Assembly: GCA_963816395.1 (NCBI GenBank)
Contig: CAWFKQ010000006.1
Coordinates: forward strand, 256,001-320,000
DNA: 64,000 nt
DNA from: an uncultured delta proteobacterium
Lineage (GTDB): Bacteria; Desulfobacterota; Desulfuromonadia; Desulfuromonadales; JACZKF01
Direction: 5' to 3'
The notes under the pieces are model-generated. The model was not told the DNA's origin. It ran no database searches and saw nothing but the letters and a program-made list of their open reading frames with translations. The translations under genes were made by a program, and so were the position numbers. Positions 31,593 to 43,608 of the stretch are shown here, in pieces; the stretch's first letter is position 1, and every line of letters starts with the position of its first letter.

Positions 31593-31709
31593 AGGCTGAG
31601 CAAAAATGCCCAGATGCAAGGTGCCCGAAATCCTGAGGATAAGGCGTACTGAAGGTACGTCGTTGACGAAGGATGATGGCAACGCCGCAGATGGCTTTTT
31701 CATCAGCCT
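31593..31709. mobile_element. MITE-like element (117 bp) with terminal inverted repeats
   Basis: AGGCTGAGCAAAAA ... TTTTTCATCAGCCT ends, internal GGCGTAC/GTACGTC hairpin, no ORF; lies between convergent lutC and cfa. Confidence 0.65.
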
Positions 31710-32999
31710 CCGTACCAGTCGGAACGCATCAGGGGCAGCCGGCACTGCCCCTTGTCGGGCTTGACCAGCAGCGCCTGGTAGAGGTTCAGCCGGCCGGTCT
31801 GGAAGCCGTAGGCTGAACCCGCCATGTACAGCCGCCAGATGCGGTAGGTGACCTCGTTGGTCAGCCGGCAGGCCTCCCGGTAATTGGCTTCGAGGCGCCG
31901 CACCCAGTGCCGCAAGGTCATTGCGTAGTGCTCGCGCAGGCTCTCCAGATCGCGCGTTTCGAAGCCGCAGTCCTCGGCGGTGCGCAGGACGGTGGCGATG
32001 GGCAGCAGTTCGCCGTCCGGGAAAACATACTTGTCGATGAAGGAAGGACCCGGCGGGTCCGGAATGATGGGGCTCTGCGTAATGCCATGATTGAGGAAAA
32101 CCCCGCCGTGGCGCAGCAGCCGCCAGGTCCGGGCGAAGTATTCCGGCAGCTTCTTCTCTCCGACATGTTCGAACATCCCGACGCTGACCACCTTGTCGAA
32201 CCGTTCTTCCCCCTCCAGGTCACGGTAATCCCGCACCTCCACCCGGCAGCAGTCGGCCAGGCCGGCCTGCCGCAGGCGTTCGTTGGCGAGCTCGGCCTGT
32301 GGCTCGCTGAGGGTGATCCCCAGCGCCTTCACCCCGTAATGCCGCGCTGCATGAGTGACCAACCCGCCCCAGCCGCAGCCGATGTCGAGCAGGTGCTCTC
32401 CCGCGCTGCAGGCGCAGCTTGCGGCAGAGATAATCGAGCTTCCGCTCCTGTGCCGTATCGAGGTCCTCGCCGGAGGCGGCGAAATAGGCGCAGGAATAGG
32501 CCATACGCTCATCGAGCCAGAGGCGATAGAAATCGTTGGAGACATTGTAGTGATAGGTGACCGCCTGCGCATCGCGGCTTTTGGAATGGGCGGCCCCCTT
32601 CAGTCGGGTTCCCCGATGCTCCCGGGCTTCGGGCCGGCGGCCCGGCAGGCCGAGAAGGAATTTCCCCAGCCGCAGCTTCTCAATCAGGCGCGGACTATGG
32701 TCGAAAAAATAGTCCCCCAGGGCAAAGGCCGCCTCGATATCCCCCTCGATATCGTAATCGTCGAAAATGTAGGCCTCGCCCAGGGTGAGCTGGTTGGCGG
32801 GAAGAAACATCTTCCGCAGCGCCCCGGGATGTCTGATCACCAGGGTATAGGCGGCTTCGCCGGGGGCGGCGCCCCAGGTGCTGCCCTCCCAGAGACGGAC
32901 GGCGCATTCACGGGGGAAAGCGTTCCCCAGCAGAGCCTGGAAAAAGGCCAGGGCATCCCTGACCGTCGGGTCCTGAACGGTGGCGGCAAGCGTCGGCAT
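31703..32999 (-). CDS. cfa: Cyclopropane-fatty-acyl-phospholipid synthase family methyltransferase (frameshift near 32405)
   Basis: YHYNVSNDFYRLWLD, MAYSCAYF, LLDIGCGWG, VSVGMFEHVG, FIDKYVFPDGEL, LREHYAMTL. Confidence 0.92.
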
Positions 33000-33136
33000 T
33001 TTCTCCTCCCTTGGAATCACATGCTGAAGTCATTAAATTAATAAAACATTTTTTTGTTCTTCGCAACATTTCGCGCCATTTTTACAGCCCGGCGTACGGT
33101 GATAAGCTGATGTCAAAGACCAGAAAGGAGGCCCAG

Positions 33137-33739
33137 ATGCCAACGAAATGGGAAGTTTCCGGAACCTACTTCGAGACCTGCGACTGCGAGGCGGCCTGCC
33201 CCTGCGTTTTTCTGAGCCCGCCGACGACCGGGGAATGCACGGTCCTGATCGGCTGGCATATCGACCAGGGACAATTCGGGGAAACGCCGCTGCAGGGACT
33301 CAATGTCGCCATGGCGGTGCACTCACCCGGCAATATGGTGGAGGTGAAATGGCAGGTTGCCCTGTATCTGGATGAGAGAGCCGACGAGCAGCAGCGGGAC
33401 GCCTTGACCAGAATCTTTTCCGGGCAGGCGGGGGGACATCCCGCCGTGCTGGCTGGTCACGTCGGTGAAATTCTCGGGGTCAAAAGCGTGCGGATCGATT
33501 ACCTGGCGGAAGGGAAGCGCCGCCGTCTGCGCATCCCCGACATAGTGGAAGCGGAAATAGAAGGGCTGAGCGGCCAGAACGAGGCTGCGGTGACCATCAA
33601 CAATCATCCGCTTGCCATCTCCCCCGGCTACCCGGCAACGGTGGCTCGATCACAGCGGCTGACCTATGCCGATCACGGTTTCAGCCTGGAGATTTCCGGA
33701 AAGAACGGATTTTATTCCCCGTTCGCTTACCGGGGATAG
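33137..33739 (+). CDS. DUF1326 family protein
   Basis: W.VSGTYFETCDCEAACPC...PTTGEC...YLDERADEQQRDAL..IFSGQAGG; adjacent to a DUF2182-like gene. Confidence 0.82.
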   Translation: MPTKWEVSGTYFETCDCEAACPCVFLSPPTTGECTVLIGWHIDQGQFGETPLQGLNVAMAVHSPGNMVEVKWQVALYLDERADEQQRDALTRIFSGQAGGHPAVLAGHVGEILGVKSVRIDYLAEGKRRRLRIPDIVEAEIEGLSGQNEAAVTINNHPLAISPGYPATVARSQRLTYADHGFSLEISGKNGFYSPFAYRG

Positions 33740-33748
33740 CCACAGAGC

Positions 33749-34501
33749 ATGGAAACCGTCCTGGCGCGTGATCGGAAGATCGTCATCGCCGGCCTGGCTG
33801 TCATCTGTGTGATGGCGTGGCTGTATCTTTTTTACCTGGCGAGCGGGATGCGGCCGGAGATGGGGAGGGAAATGGCCGGGCCGTCCATGCAGGCCTGGGG
33901 GGCGCCGGACCTGCTGTTTCTTTTCTTTATGTGGACGGTCATGATGGCGGGCATGATGATCCCCTCGGCCTCACCCATGACCGTCCTGTATGCCGGCACC
34001 TGCCGCCAGCGCCGGCAGGCTTCGCCGCTGCTGCCCACTGCCGTTTTCGTGCTGGGCTACCTGGCGGTCTGGACCGCCTTCAGCGCGGCGGCGACCCTGA
34101 GCCAGTGGGGCCTGCATGCCGCCGCCCTGCTGTCGCCCATGATGCGCAGCACCAGTTCCCTGCTGGGCGGCGCACTGCTCATCGCCGCCGGGATTTTCCA
34201 GTGGACTCCCCTGAAATACCGGTGCCTGTCCCGCTGCCGATCGCCCCTTGGCTTTCTTCTGAACGAATGGCGCGATGGCACCTGCGGCGCCTTCGTCATG
34301 GGGCTGCGGCACGGACTCTTCTGCCTCGGCTGCTGCTGGGCCCTGATGGGGCTGCTTTTCGTCACCGGCGTGATGAACCTGCTGTGGGTGGCCGCCATCG
34401 CCTTCTTCGTGCTGGTGGAAAAGGTCGCCCCCGGGGGGAAATGGGTGAGCCGCGGCGCCGGCGGGGTGCTGGTGGTTTGGGGGATCTGGCTGATGCTGTA
34501 A
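33749..34501 (+). CDS. DUF2182 predicted metal-binding integral membrane protein
   Basis: MWTVMMAGMMIPS, GYLAVW, QWTPLKYRCLSRCRSP, CLGCCWALM, GVMNL. Confidence 0.87.
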   Translation: METVLARDRKIVIAGLAVICVMAWLYLFYLASGMRPEMGREMAGPSMQAWGAPDLLFLFFMWTVMMAGMMIPSASPMTVLYAGTCRQRRQASPLLPTAVFVLGYLAVWTAFSAAATLSQWGLHAAALLSPMMRSTSSLLGGALLIAAGIFQWTPLKYRCLSRCRSPLGFLLNEWRDGTCGAFVMGLRHGLFCLGCCWALMGLLFVTGVMNLLWVAAIAFFVLVEKVAPGGKWVSRGAGGVLVVWGIWLML

Positions 34502-34584
34502 CCGGCGAGGGAAATCTTCTTCTCTCCGCCGGCGACCGGCTATAGAATGACCCTGCAGTTCATGACCTGGACAGGAGGCAAGGC

Positions 34585-35232
34585 GTGACGATCACCGAAC
34601 CGGCGACCCTCGCCACCGACTACCTGCTGGCGATGGCGACTCTCTTTTTTGCGGGCGGACTCGCCTGCCGCGCCCGCGGGGAAGGAAAAACATCGGTGCG
34701 CCTGTGGGCCGCCGCTTTTCTGGCCTCGGCGATGGCGGCGCTCCTCGGCGGCACCTTCCATGGCTTCCGGCTGCATTTCGGTCCGCTGGCGGCGGCGGTC
34801 CTGTGGAAGGGGACGGTGTACGCCGTCGGCCTGGCCGGCCTGCTCCTGCTGGCCGGAACGATTCGCGCTGTAATAGCCGGCCGCTGGCGGCGGCTGCTGC
34901 TGACCGCCGCCGTTCTCGAGTTCCTTTTCTATGCCGCCTGGATGGCGGTACACGACGATTTCCGTTACGTCATCTATGATTACGCCCCGGCGCTGCTGGC
35001 GGTTCTGCTCCTGGCGCTCTGGAGCTGGCTGCGGCGCCGCGACCCCGCCGCGCCGGCCATCGTTGCCGGCATTCTCCTCTCCTTCGCCGCCGCCGGCATC
35101 CAGGCCGGCCGGGTGGATCTGCACCCCCGCTTCAACCACAACGACCTCTACCATCTGGTGCAGCTGGCCGCCTTCTACCTCCTGTACCGCGGCGGTCGGC
35201 GGCTGACCGACCGCCGGGAGCCGGAAAAATAA
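34585..35232 (+). CDS. Hypothetical polytopic membrane protein
   Basis: Multiple TM segments; EPATLATDY, GGTFHG and FNHNDLYH (His-rich, possibly metal-binding). Confidence 0.78.
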   Translation: MTITEPATLATDYLLAMATLFFAGGLACRARGEGKTSVRLWAAAFLASAMAALLGGTFHGFRLHFGPLAAAVLWKGTVYAVGLAGLLLLAGTIRAVIAGRWRRLLLTAAVLEFLFYAAWMAVHDDFRYVIYDYAPALLAVLLLALWSWLRRRDPAAPAIVAGILLSFAAAGIQAGRVDLHPRFNHNDLYHLVQLAAFYLLYRGGRRLTDRREPEK

Positions 35233-35341
35233 AACATAACGGCAATTGGCCACGACTAACACGGATAGACACGGAGAAACCAAGCAGTGTCCGGCTAGAA
35301 GATTGCAGCATCTCGACAGGGCTTAAAACCAGCGCCTTGCA

Positions 35342-35422
35342 CCCTCCCCCAACCCCTCCCATCGAAGGGAGGGGAGCTTTAAATCACCTCTCCCCTTGTG
35401 GGAGAGGGCTAGGGAGAGGGGG
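35342..35422. repeat. REP-like paired palindromes
   Basis: CCCCTCCC-atcgaa-GGGAGGGG (35353-35374) and CCTCTCCC-cttgt-GGGAGAGG (35387-35407), between convergent genes. Confidence 0.65.
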
Positions 35423-35483
35423 CCGTTGCTGACTGCAAATACTTAACCGATTGATTTTTTCTTTCTTGACTTGAAATCCATGT

Positions 35484-35516
35484 AAAAAAACGGGGAAGGC
35501 CGGAAGCCTTCCCCGT
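35484..35516 (-). terminator. Intrinsic terminator after the yceH-like gene
   Basis: ACGGGGAAGGC/GCCTTCCCCGT stem, followed on the minus strand by T7. Confidence 0.75.
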
Positions 35517-35540
35517 CTGCCATCCCGCTGGAGGATGGCC

Positions 35541-36197
35541 CTACTCGAAGCTGCCCTTGAACTCCGCCAGTTCCCGCCGCAGGGCGGCCACTTCCTCGCG
35601 CAGAGACGCCACCTCCGTTTCCAGCTGCACGATCCGCTCATCTTCCGCCTGCACCCGCCGGCGGGCGGCCTCGGCCGGCGGGGCCGACTCCTCGCTTTCG
35701 GCTGCCGGCTCACCGGCCAGCAGGTGGGCGTAGCGGGACTCCTTGCGCCCCGGCTGGCGGGGGAGCTGGGTGACCAGGGGCGGCTGATGGTCGGTCAATT
35801 CGCGCAGGGTTTCTTCGACGGCGGGCAGATCGGCGAAAGGATGCATGCGGCCGGCGCGGGTGCGCAGCTCTCCCAGCGTCTGCGGCCCGCGCAACAGCAG
35901 TTCGGCCAGGACCGCCAGTTCAGGCGGATCCAGGTGCAGCTTGGCCGCCAGGGCGTGGCAGTATTTCGCGACCCTTCCCCCTTCGGCGGAGTGCATGGCC
36001 AGCCCCTGGAAACGCAGGGAATCGAGAGCCCGGACGACCTCCGTCTCCGCCAGTTCCATGACCGGATCGCGGTTCGACTTCTGGTTGCAGGCGGTGGTCA
36101 GGGAGTTGAGGGAGAGAGGGTAGTACTCCGGCGTGGCCAGTTCCTTCTCCACCAGACAGCCGAGCACGCGCACTTCGATGTCGTTGAGAGTCGTCAT
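35541..36197 (-). CDS. YceH/DUF480 family protein
   Basis: EVRVLGCLVEKELATPEYYPLSLNSLTTACNQKSNRDPVM, LLLRGPQTLGELR, PGRKESRYAHLL. Confidence 0.92.
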   Translation of the reverse strand: MTTLNDIEVRVLGCLVEKELATPEYYPLSLNSLTTACNQKSNRDPVMELAETEVVRALDSLRFQGLAMHSAEGGRVAKYCHALAAKLHLDPPELAVLAELLLRGPQTLGELRTRAGRMHPFADLPAVEETLRELTDHQPPLVTQLPRQPGRKESRYAHLLAGEPAAESEESAPPAEAARRRVQAEDERIVQLETEVASLREEVAALRRELAEFKGSFE

Positions 36198-36266
36198 GGG
36201 CCTATAATTGGTTTTGGTTATGTTTTGCCGCGTCCCGCATTCCGCGCTCCGCGTCCCGGATTTAAA

Positions 36267-37151
36267 TCAATCCCGGTACCGCTTCAGCAGCTCCCCATAG
36301 GCATCGATGCGCCGGTCGCGCAGAAATGGCCAGATCCGGCGCACCGCCTCGCTGCGGCCGAGGTCGATTTCGGTGATCAGCACCTCTTCCTCCTGATGGG
36401 CGGCGATCGCCAGCATCTCCCCCTGCGGGCCGGCGGCGAAGCTGTGTCCCCAGAAATCGGCGCCCGGGCCGCCGGCCGGGTCCGGCTCGTGGCCGACCCG
36501 GTTGGCGGCGAGCACCGGCAGGCCGTTGGCCACCGCGTGCGCCCGCTGGCTGATGAGCCAGGCCTGCAGCTGCCGCTCCTTTTCCGCCGCGTCGTCGCGC
36601 GGGTCCCAGCCGATGGCGGTGGGATAGATGAGCAGTTCCGCCCCGGCCATGGCCATCAGCCGGGCCGGCCTCCGGATACCACTGGTCCCAGCAGACCAGC
36701 ACCCCCAGCCGGCCGACGGAGGTGTCGATGGGGGTGAAGCCGAGATCCCCGGGGGTGAAATAGAACTTCTCGTAATAACCGGGGTCGTCGGGGATATGCA
36801 TCTTGCGGTAGCGGCCGGCGATGGCGCCGTCCTTCTCCAGGACCACGGCGGTGTTGTGGTAAAGGCCGGGCGCCCGGCGCTCGAAGAGGGAGATGACGAG
36901 CACCACCCCCAGCTCCCGGGCCAGGGCGCCGAAGGCCTCGGTCGACGGCCCCGGGATCGTCTCCGCCTGGTCGAAGCAGCCGGTATCCTCGCTCTGGCAG
37001 AAATACCGGCCGGCGTGCAGCTCCTGCAGGACGACCAGCTGCGCCCCCCTGGACGCGGCCCGGCGGATCGCCTCCAGGCTCCGCCGACATTCTCCTCGCG
37101 TTCGGTCGTGCAGCGCTGCTGCACCAGGCCGATGGTCAGTGTCGAATTCAT
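36267..37151 (-). CDS. aguB: N-carbamoylputrescine amidase (carbon-nitrogen hydrolase; frameshifted)
   Basis: LQELH, YRKMHIPDDPGYYEKFYFTPGD, VCWDQWYPE, YPTAIGW, FLRDRRID; lies downstream of agmatine deiminase. Confidence 0.88.
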   Translation of the reverse strand: MNSTLTIGLVQQRCTTEREENVGGAWRRSAGPRPGGRSWSSCRSCTPAGISARARIPAASTRRRRSRGRRPRPSAPWPGSWGWCSSSPSSSAGRPAFTTTPPWSWRRTAPSPAATARCISPTTPVITRSSISPPGISASPPSTPPSAGWGCWSAGTSGIRRPARLMAMAGAELLIYPTAIGWDPRDDAAEKERQLQAWLISQRAHAVANGLPVLAANRVGHEPDPAGGPGADFWGHSFAAGPQGEMLAIAAHQEEEVLITEIDLGRSEAVRRIWPFLRDRRIDAYGELLKRYRD

Positions 37152-37168
37152 GTGATTTCCTTTAAGGG

Positions 37169-37247
37169 CGTAATGTGTAAATTGTGATGAGTAATATGTG
37201 AATATTTTGCATTTGAGGTGTTCACAAATTACTTATTACTCATTACG
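37169..37247. repeat. AT-rich inverted heptamer array
   Basis: CGTAATG TGTAAAT TGTGATG AGTAATA TGTGAA ... TTCACA AATTACT TATTACT CATTACG, forming an imperfect hairpin between aguA and aguB. Confidence 0.7.
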
Positions 37248-37251
37248 AATT

Positions 37252-38277
37252 TTATGGCAAGACTCCCTTCGGCAGCTGCATGGTGACGCAGTGCAGCGAA
37301 CCGTGCTGCAGGATCAGGGGGGAACAATCGATACCGATGATAGCACGATCGGCAAACGCCTGCCCGATCGCCGCCAGCGCCGCCGCATCCTTCTCGTCGC
37401 CATAAGTGGGGACCAGCACCGCGCCGTTGATCACCAGGTAATTGGCGTAGGTGGCGGGAAGTCGCTGCCCTTCCTCGTCGAATTGCGCCTGCGGCCAGGG
37501 GAGGGGAAGCAGCCGGTACGGCTTCCCTGCGCGGGTGCGCAGCCGCTCCAGCTCCACCGCCATGCAGGCGAGCGCCCCGTAGTGCTCGTCCCGGCGATCG
37601 TCGCAGGCGACGTAAAGGATGGTGTCGTCGGGGGCGAGGCGGGCCAGGGTATCGATGTGCGAGTCGGTGTCGTCGCCGGCCAGAAAACCGTGCTCCAGCC
37701 AGAGGACGCGCTCCGCCCCGAGCAGGGTCGACAGCTCCCGCTCGAGCGCCTGCCGGTCGAGATGCGGATTGCGGTTGCGGCTGAGCAGGCACTCGGCGGT
37801 GGTGAGGAGCGTTCCCCGGCCGTCGCTCTCGATGCTCCCCCCCTCCAGAATCAGCCCCGGGCTCTCCAGCCGCAGCTCGCGAAAGGCGCCGGCCTCCGCC
37901 AGGCCGCGAGTGATCTGATTGTCGAGGGCGGCCGCGAACTTGAGGCCCCAGCCGTTGAAGCCGAAATCGAGGAGCACCGGCTCCCCGTCCTCAAAGACGG
38001 TGATCGGCCCGAAATCCCGCGCCCAGGTGTCGTTGCTGGGGAGTTCGAAGACCGCCACCCGCGCCAGGTCGGCGCCGGCCGCCTGCAGCCGGTCGATTAC
38101 CCGCCGGCGCTCCGGAGCGACGACGAGCACCCGCTGGAAGCGGCTGATCTGCCGGGCGATCTCGGTAAAAACCGGCTCCACCTGCTCCAGGCAGGGCAGC
38201 CAGTCGCTTTTTTCATGCGGCCAGGCGAGCAGGACGCCATCCTGCTCCTCCCATTCGGCCGGCAGTCTTCGGCTCAT
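37252..38277 (-). CDS. aguA: Agmatine deiminase family protein
   Basis: LPAEWE, WARDFGP, LEGGSIESDG, DDTDSHID, ATYANY, GSLHCVTMQ. Confidence 0.93.
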   Translation of the reverse strand: MSRRLPAEWEEQDGVLLAWPHEKSDWLPCLEQVEPVFTEIARQISRFQRVLVVAPERRRVIDRLQAAGADLARVAVFELPSNDTWARDFGPITVFEDGEPVLLDFGFNGWGLKFAAALDNQITRGLAEAGAFRELRLESPGLILEGGSIESDGRGTLLTTAECLLSRNRNPHLDRQALERELSTLLGAERVLWLEHGFLAGDDTDSHIDTLARLAPDDTILYVACDDRRDEHYGALACMAVELERLRTRAGKPYRLLPLPWPQAQFDEEGQRLPATYANYLVINGAVLVPTYGDEKDAAALAAIGQAFADRAIIGIDCSPLILQHGSLHCVTMQLPKGVLP

Positions 38278-38389
38278 CGTTGATTCCTTCCGAATGCAAT
38301 GCAGCAGAAAATCGTATAAAAACTCGCCGCCGAATGCAATCCTCAATTCCCCCGCCCAACCCCCCCGCCCTTCGGGCACCCCCCCTGTT

Positions 38390-39666
38390 TCACAAGGGGG
38401 CTGGAGCAGTATCCCTCCTGGTTGCAGGGGGAAGGCTTGCGCAGCGAGACAGAGGGGTGATCAACCCATTCCTGCTATCAGAATCACTCCTGGCCACGAC
38501 AACTTCGCGGGGGGAGCGGGTGAAGGCGAGGGCGGCCGGGGCCAGGGCCAGCAGCAGGACCCCGGCCAGCAGCAGGAAGGTCGGGCGCAGGCCGGCGGTG
38601 TCGGCCAGCTTGCCGACGGCCGGTCCGCTGCAGACGAAGAAGAGGCGGAAGACCAGGGATTTCAGGGAGAGGATGCTCGCCCGGTTGTCCCGGCTGCCGC
38701 CCTGCTGCAGGCGGTGGCGCAGCATCGGCCCCTGCAGGCCGCGCAGGGCGGTGAGCAGATAGTAGAAGAGGAAACTCCACAGGCCGCCGGCCAGGCCCAG
38801 GCCGAGATAGCCGGCGGCGGTGAGGAGCAGGAAGAGCACGGTCATGCCCCGCTCCCCCAGGTGGAAGGCGAAGCGGTGGCTGAGCAGGGAGAACAGGGCG
38901 ACGGTCAGGTTCGCCCCGGCCCACACCGGGCCGAACCAGGCGAGGGGGACGCCCGACTGCTGCATGTAGGGCTGGATCAGCCAGACCGGGTAGAAGGAGA
39001 CCAGGCCGAGCAGGGAGGAGAAGAAGATCACCGTGCGCAGCTGCCGGTTCTCCAGCAAAAGCATAGCGGCAGGTCTGCCAGGCCTCGGCCAGGTGCGAGC
39101 GGGGCGGCGCGGCTTCCCGCGGCGCCTCCACCAGCGACCAGCTGAGGCCGAGCCCGGCGGCCCATACGCCGATCTGGATGACGAAGGGCAGCAGCGGCCA
39201 GGCGGCATACATCACCCCGGCGAACAGCGCGCCGGCCGCCTCTCCGGCCTGGGCGCAGCCGGTCATGCGCCCGTCGAAGCGGGCGTATTCCTCCTCCTTC
39301 CCCTCCTGGCGCAGGCTCTCGAAGAGCAGGGCGGCATCGGAGCCGCTGATGAAGGCCATGGAGATGCCCGAGCAGGACCTCGGCGACCAGCACGTCGGCG
39401 AAGGAATTGGCGATGGTGTACCAGCTCCAGCCGGCAAGCCCCAGGAGGGAAGCGAAGGTGAGGGCGAAGCGGTAGCCGAAGCGGTCGCTGAGGTAGCCGG
39501 AAGGGTATTCCATCAGCAGGGTGGCCAGGGAGAAGATCCCCTGCAGCAGCAGGATCTGCGCCAGGGTCAGGCCGATGTGATCCTTCCAGAAGAGGGTGAT
39601 GATGGCCATCGGGAAAAGGGCCATCTTGAGGAAGGAGAAGGCGTAGAGTTTGGAGATATTGGTCAA
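38390..39666 (-). CDS. MFS transporter (two frameshifts)
   Basis: EYPSGYLSDRFGYR (motif A), SGSDAALLFESL, 12-TM pattern across three frames. Start (TTG) and end approximate. Confidence 0.82.
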
Positions 39667-39670
39667 GGGA

Positions 39671-39776
39671 AGGCTAGCGGACCAGGCTAGAGGCAAGGGT
39701 GAACGGCATAAGGCCAGGGCTGAGGCAGAGGAATGCCTCTGCTTTCCTGTAGTCCCTAGCCTCTGCCTCCAGCCTG
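39671..39776. repeat. AGGC/GCCT short-unit inverted array
   Basis: aggctag...aggctag aggcaag...aggcagagg versus cctctgc...ctagcctctgcctccagcct. Confidence 0.6.
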
Positions 39777-39779
39777 AAT

Positions 39780-39991
39780 TCATGCCCAATGAATGCAGGC
39801 GACGGGGCAGTTGTCCATCGCCTCTTCGATCTTCGCCTCGGGAGCGCCGGTGGGGTTGTAGACGGTCGATTTGTGGTCGTGACCGTGGCCGCCGCCTCCT
39901 TCTCCTCCATGCGGAAAACCTCCGGGCAGATCTGGGTACAGAGTTCGCATCCGATACAGACGTCCTGGTCGACGGCGGGGATTCGGGGCAT
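39780..39991 (-). CDS. Single-cluster [4Fe-4S]/[3Fe-4S] ferredoxin (one frameshift)
   Basis: CIGCELCTQICPEVF ... AMDNCPVACI. Confidence 0.88.
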
Positions 39992-40154
39992 AGAGGGGAT
40001 CCTTTCCGGAGTGGGTTGGCAGCAGACATATTAGCAGCTTGCTTTCTCTTTGGCCATCCCCAACGAATCGTTGCCATATGTTTAATGAAATAATATCCTT
40101 GGCGAATGCAATTCGGGGTAAGCCGTAGTTCCGGAGTGGTTCCGAGGAGAAGTA

Positions 40155-41640
40155 GTGGGTAAAGCGCTGGGGCTGAGGGCGGAAATTGTCATCCAGCTGA
40201 TTCTGCTGTTCGGGGCGGCGCTCCTGCTCGGCGGTTTTCTGCTGCTGAAACTGACTGAGCGAGAGTTGCTGGAACAGCGGGCGACCAGTCTGGCGGCCAC
40301 CATGGAAATCCTTGGTCGGGCCTATGGGGCTGCCCGGCCCGGCAGCCCAACCGGCCTGCCGCCGCTGCTCCAGGCGCTGCCGGCGACCTCGCCCCTGGAC
40401 GGTTGGTGTCTGGTGGACCGCGACCTGGCGCCCTTGGACGGGAAACTGCAACCGGTGCGCGCCGAGTTCAGCCGGGCACGGTTTCAGCCCGCGCCGACCA
40501 TGCGCCTTCATTACCTCCCCCAGGTACTCCCCTTCGGGTCGGCACGGGCCGACGATTATCTCCTGGTGACGATGCCCCTGCTCGCCCAGGGGGAATTCAC
40601 CGGCGGCCTGCAGGCCCGCTTCACTTTGGCGGATGTCCGCCAGCGGATGGCTTCGGCACGCCGATTGGTGTTCATTTATGCGTTCCTGTACGGGGCAGTT
40701 CTGACCGCGGCCGGCGCCTGGCTCCTGCATCGAGCCGTGGTCCGGCCGCTCCAGCGCCTGCTGGTTCTGACCGGCCGGGTCAGCGGCGGCGATCTGGAAC
40801 AGATGGAACCGGAAGCCGGGCCCCGGGAAATCGCCGAGCTTGTCGTTCTCGTTCAATCGCATGCTGCAGGCCCTGCGCCACAGCCGTCACGAAACCGAAA
40901 CCCATATCCGCTCCCTGCAGGAAGCCAACGCCGTACTCAGTCAAACCCGCAGCGAACTGATCCGCTCGGAAAAGATGGCTTCGGTTGGCCATCTGGCTGC
41001 CGGCATGGCGCATGAGATCGGCAATCCCCTGGGCGCCCTGATGGGCTATCTGGGCCTGCTGCGGGCCGAGCTGCCACCCGGCCGGCAGCAGGAAATCGCC
41101 GGCCGCGGTCTCGGCGAGGCCGAGCGCATCGAACGCCTGGTCCGCGAGTTGCTCGATTATGCCTCCCCTGCGGCGGACGCGGTCGAGCGGCTCGATCCGG
41201 GCGCGGTTCTGACCGAGGCGGCAGAGATGCTGGCCACCCAGGGGGCACTCGCCGAGCGCCGACTGAACAATGCGCTGCCGTCGGCATTGCCGACCGTCTG
41301 GGCCGCGCGCCACAAACTGCTGCAGGTTTTCGTCAATCTTCTGCTGAATGCTCGCGATGCCGGCGACAGCCGGAGCAGGTGCTGTCCGGGCTTTCCGGTG
41401 GTGCCGAACGAGGGTCGGATCTGGTCTCCGTCACTGACGCCGGCAGCGGCATCGACCCGCAGCAGCTGCCCCACATTTTCGACCCCTTCTTCACCACCAA
41501 GCCGCCGGGAAAAGGGCGCGGGCTGGGGCTGTCGGTCTGCCACCGGATCATCGAGGAGGCCGGCGGCCGGATCGAGGTCCGGTCGGCTCCGGGAGAGGGA
41601 AGCACCTTCACCGTCTGGCTGCGGCAAGCGGAGGCCGAAG

Positions 41641-41651
<11 letters not shown>
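40155..41651 (+). CDS. Membrane sensor histidine kinase with HAMP (frameshifted)
   Basis: Two TMs, [49 protein letters not shown]. Confidence 0.9.
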
Positions 41652-43002
<1,351 letters not shown>

Positions 43003-43023
43003 GGAGCAAAAATAGGCGGTATG

Positions 43024-43040
43024 CATGCAAAGTTTGCATG
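43024..43040. promoter_or_regulatory. Candidate enhancer-binding-protein site
   Basis: Palindrome CATGCAAA-g-TTTGCATG, ~65 bp upstream of the sigma-54 promoter. Confidence 0.5.
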
Positions 43041-43103
43041 GACACTCATTGCCCTGCTGAGATGGTCAGCCGATTGGATCAGCATGTAGCAGTGTTTAGG
43101 ATT

Positions 43104-43120
43104 TTGGCTTGCATATTGCT
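43104..43120 (+). promoter_or_regulatory. Sigma-54 (-24/-12) promoter of the minor pilin operon
   Basis: TTGGCTTGCATATTGCT: GG(43106-7), N10, GC(43118-9). Confidence 0.75.
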
Positions 43121-43156
43121 CTGTGTTAATTATCGAGCCACGAAAAGGGAATTCCC

Positions 43157-43593
43157 ATGCGAGAAACTGCTTTTAACCGCCAGGCCGGTTTTACCTTAAT
43201 CGAAGTTCTGGTCGCTCTTTCCATTTTTGCAATCGGTTTGCTCGCCATTGCCGGAATGCAGCTGACCGCATTGAAATCTAACTCCTATGCCTACAGCATT
43301 ACCGCGATTAATGCCGTGGCTTCCGGAGTTATGGAGAAATCATTTCCTGGGCTCCTGATGATCCGCGATTGGTCGATGCGGGGGTTCATCAGTGGGATTT
43401 CGATCCCTCGGCTACCGTCCAACCAGACCTCACCGTCCCGGGTGGAGGAAATTTCACCGCGCAGTACACGATTGCCAAGGATACCCCTGTGACGAAGGTT
43501 TCCACAATCACCGTCCAGGTTTCAGCAACCGGCGCGGTCAAGGCGCGCGGGTTGAGAAACAAGACACTCACGTATCTGAAAAATGTTCAGTAG
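43157..43593 (+). CDS. pilV: Type IV minor pilin PilV (frameshift near 43340)
   Basis: Prepilin motif QAG|FTLIEVLVALSIFAIGLLAIAGMQ. Confidence 0.85.
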
Positions 43594-43608
43594 CGATTCG
43601 GAGGCTGA

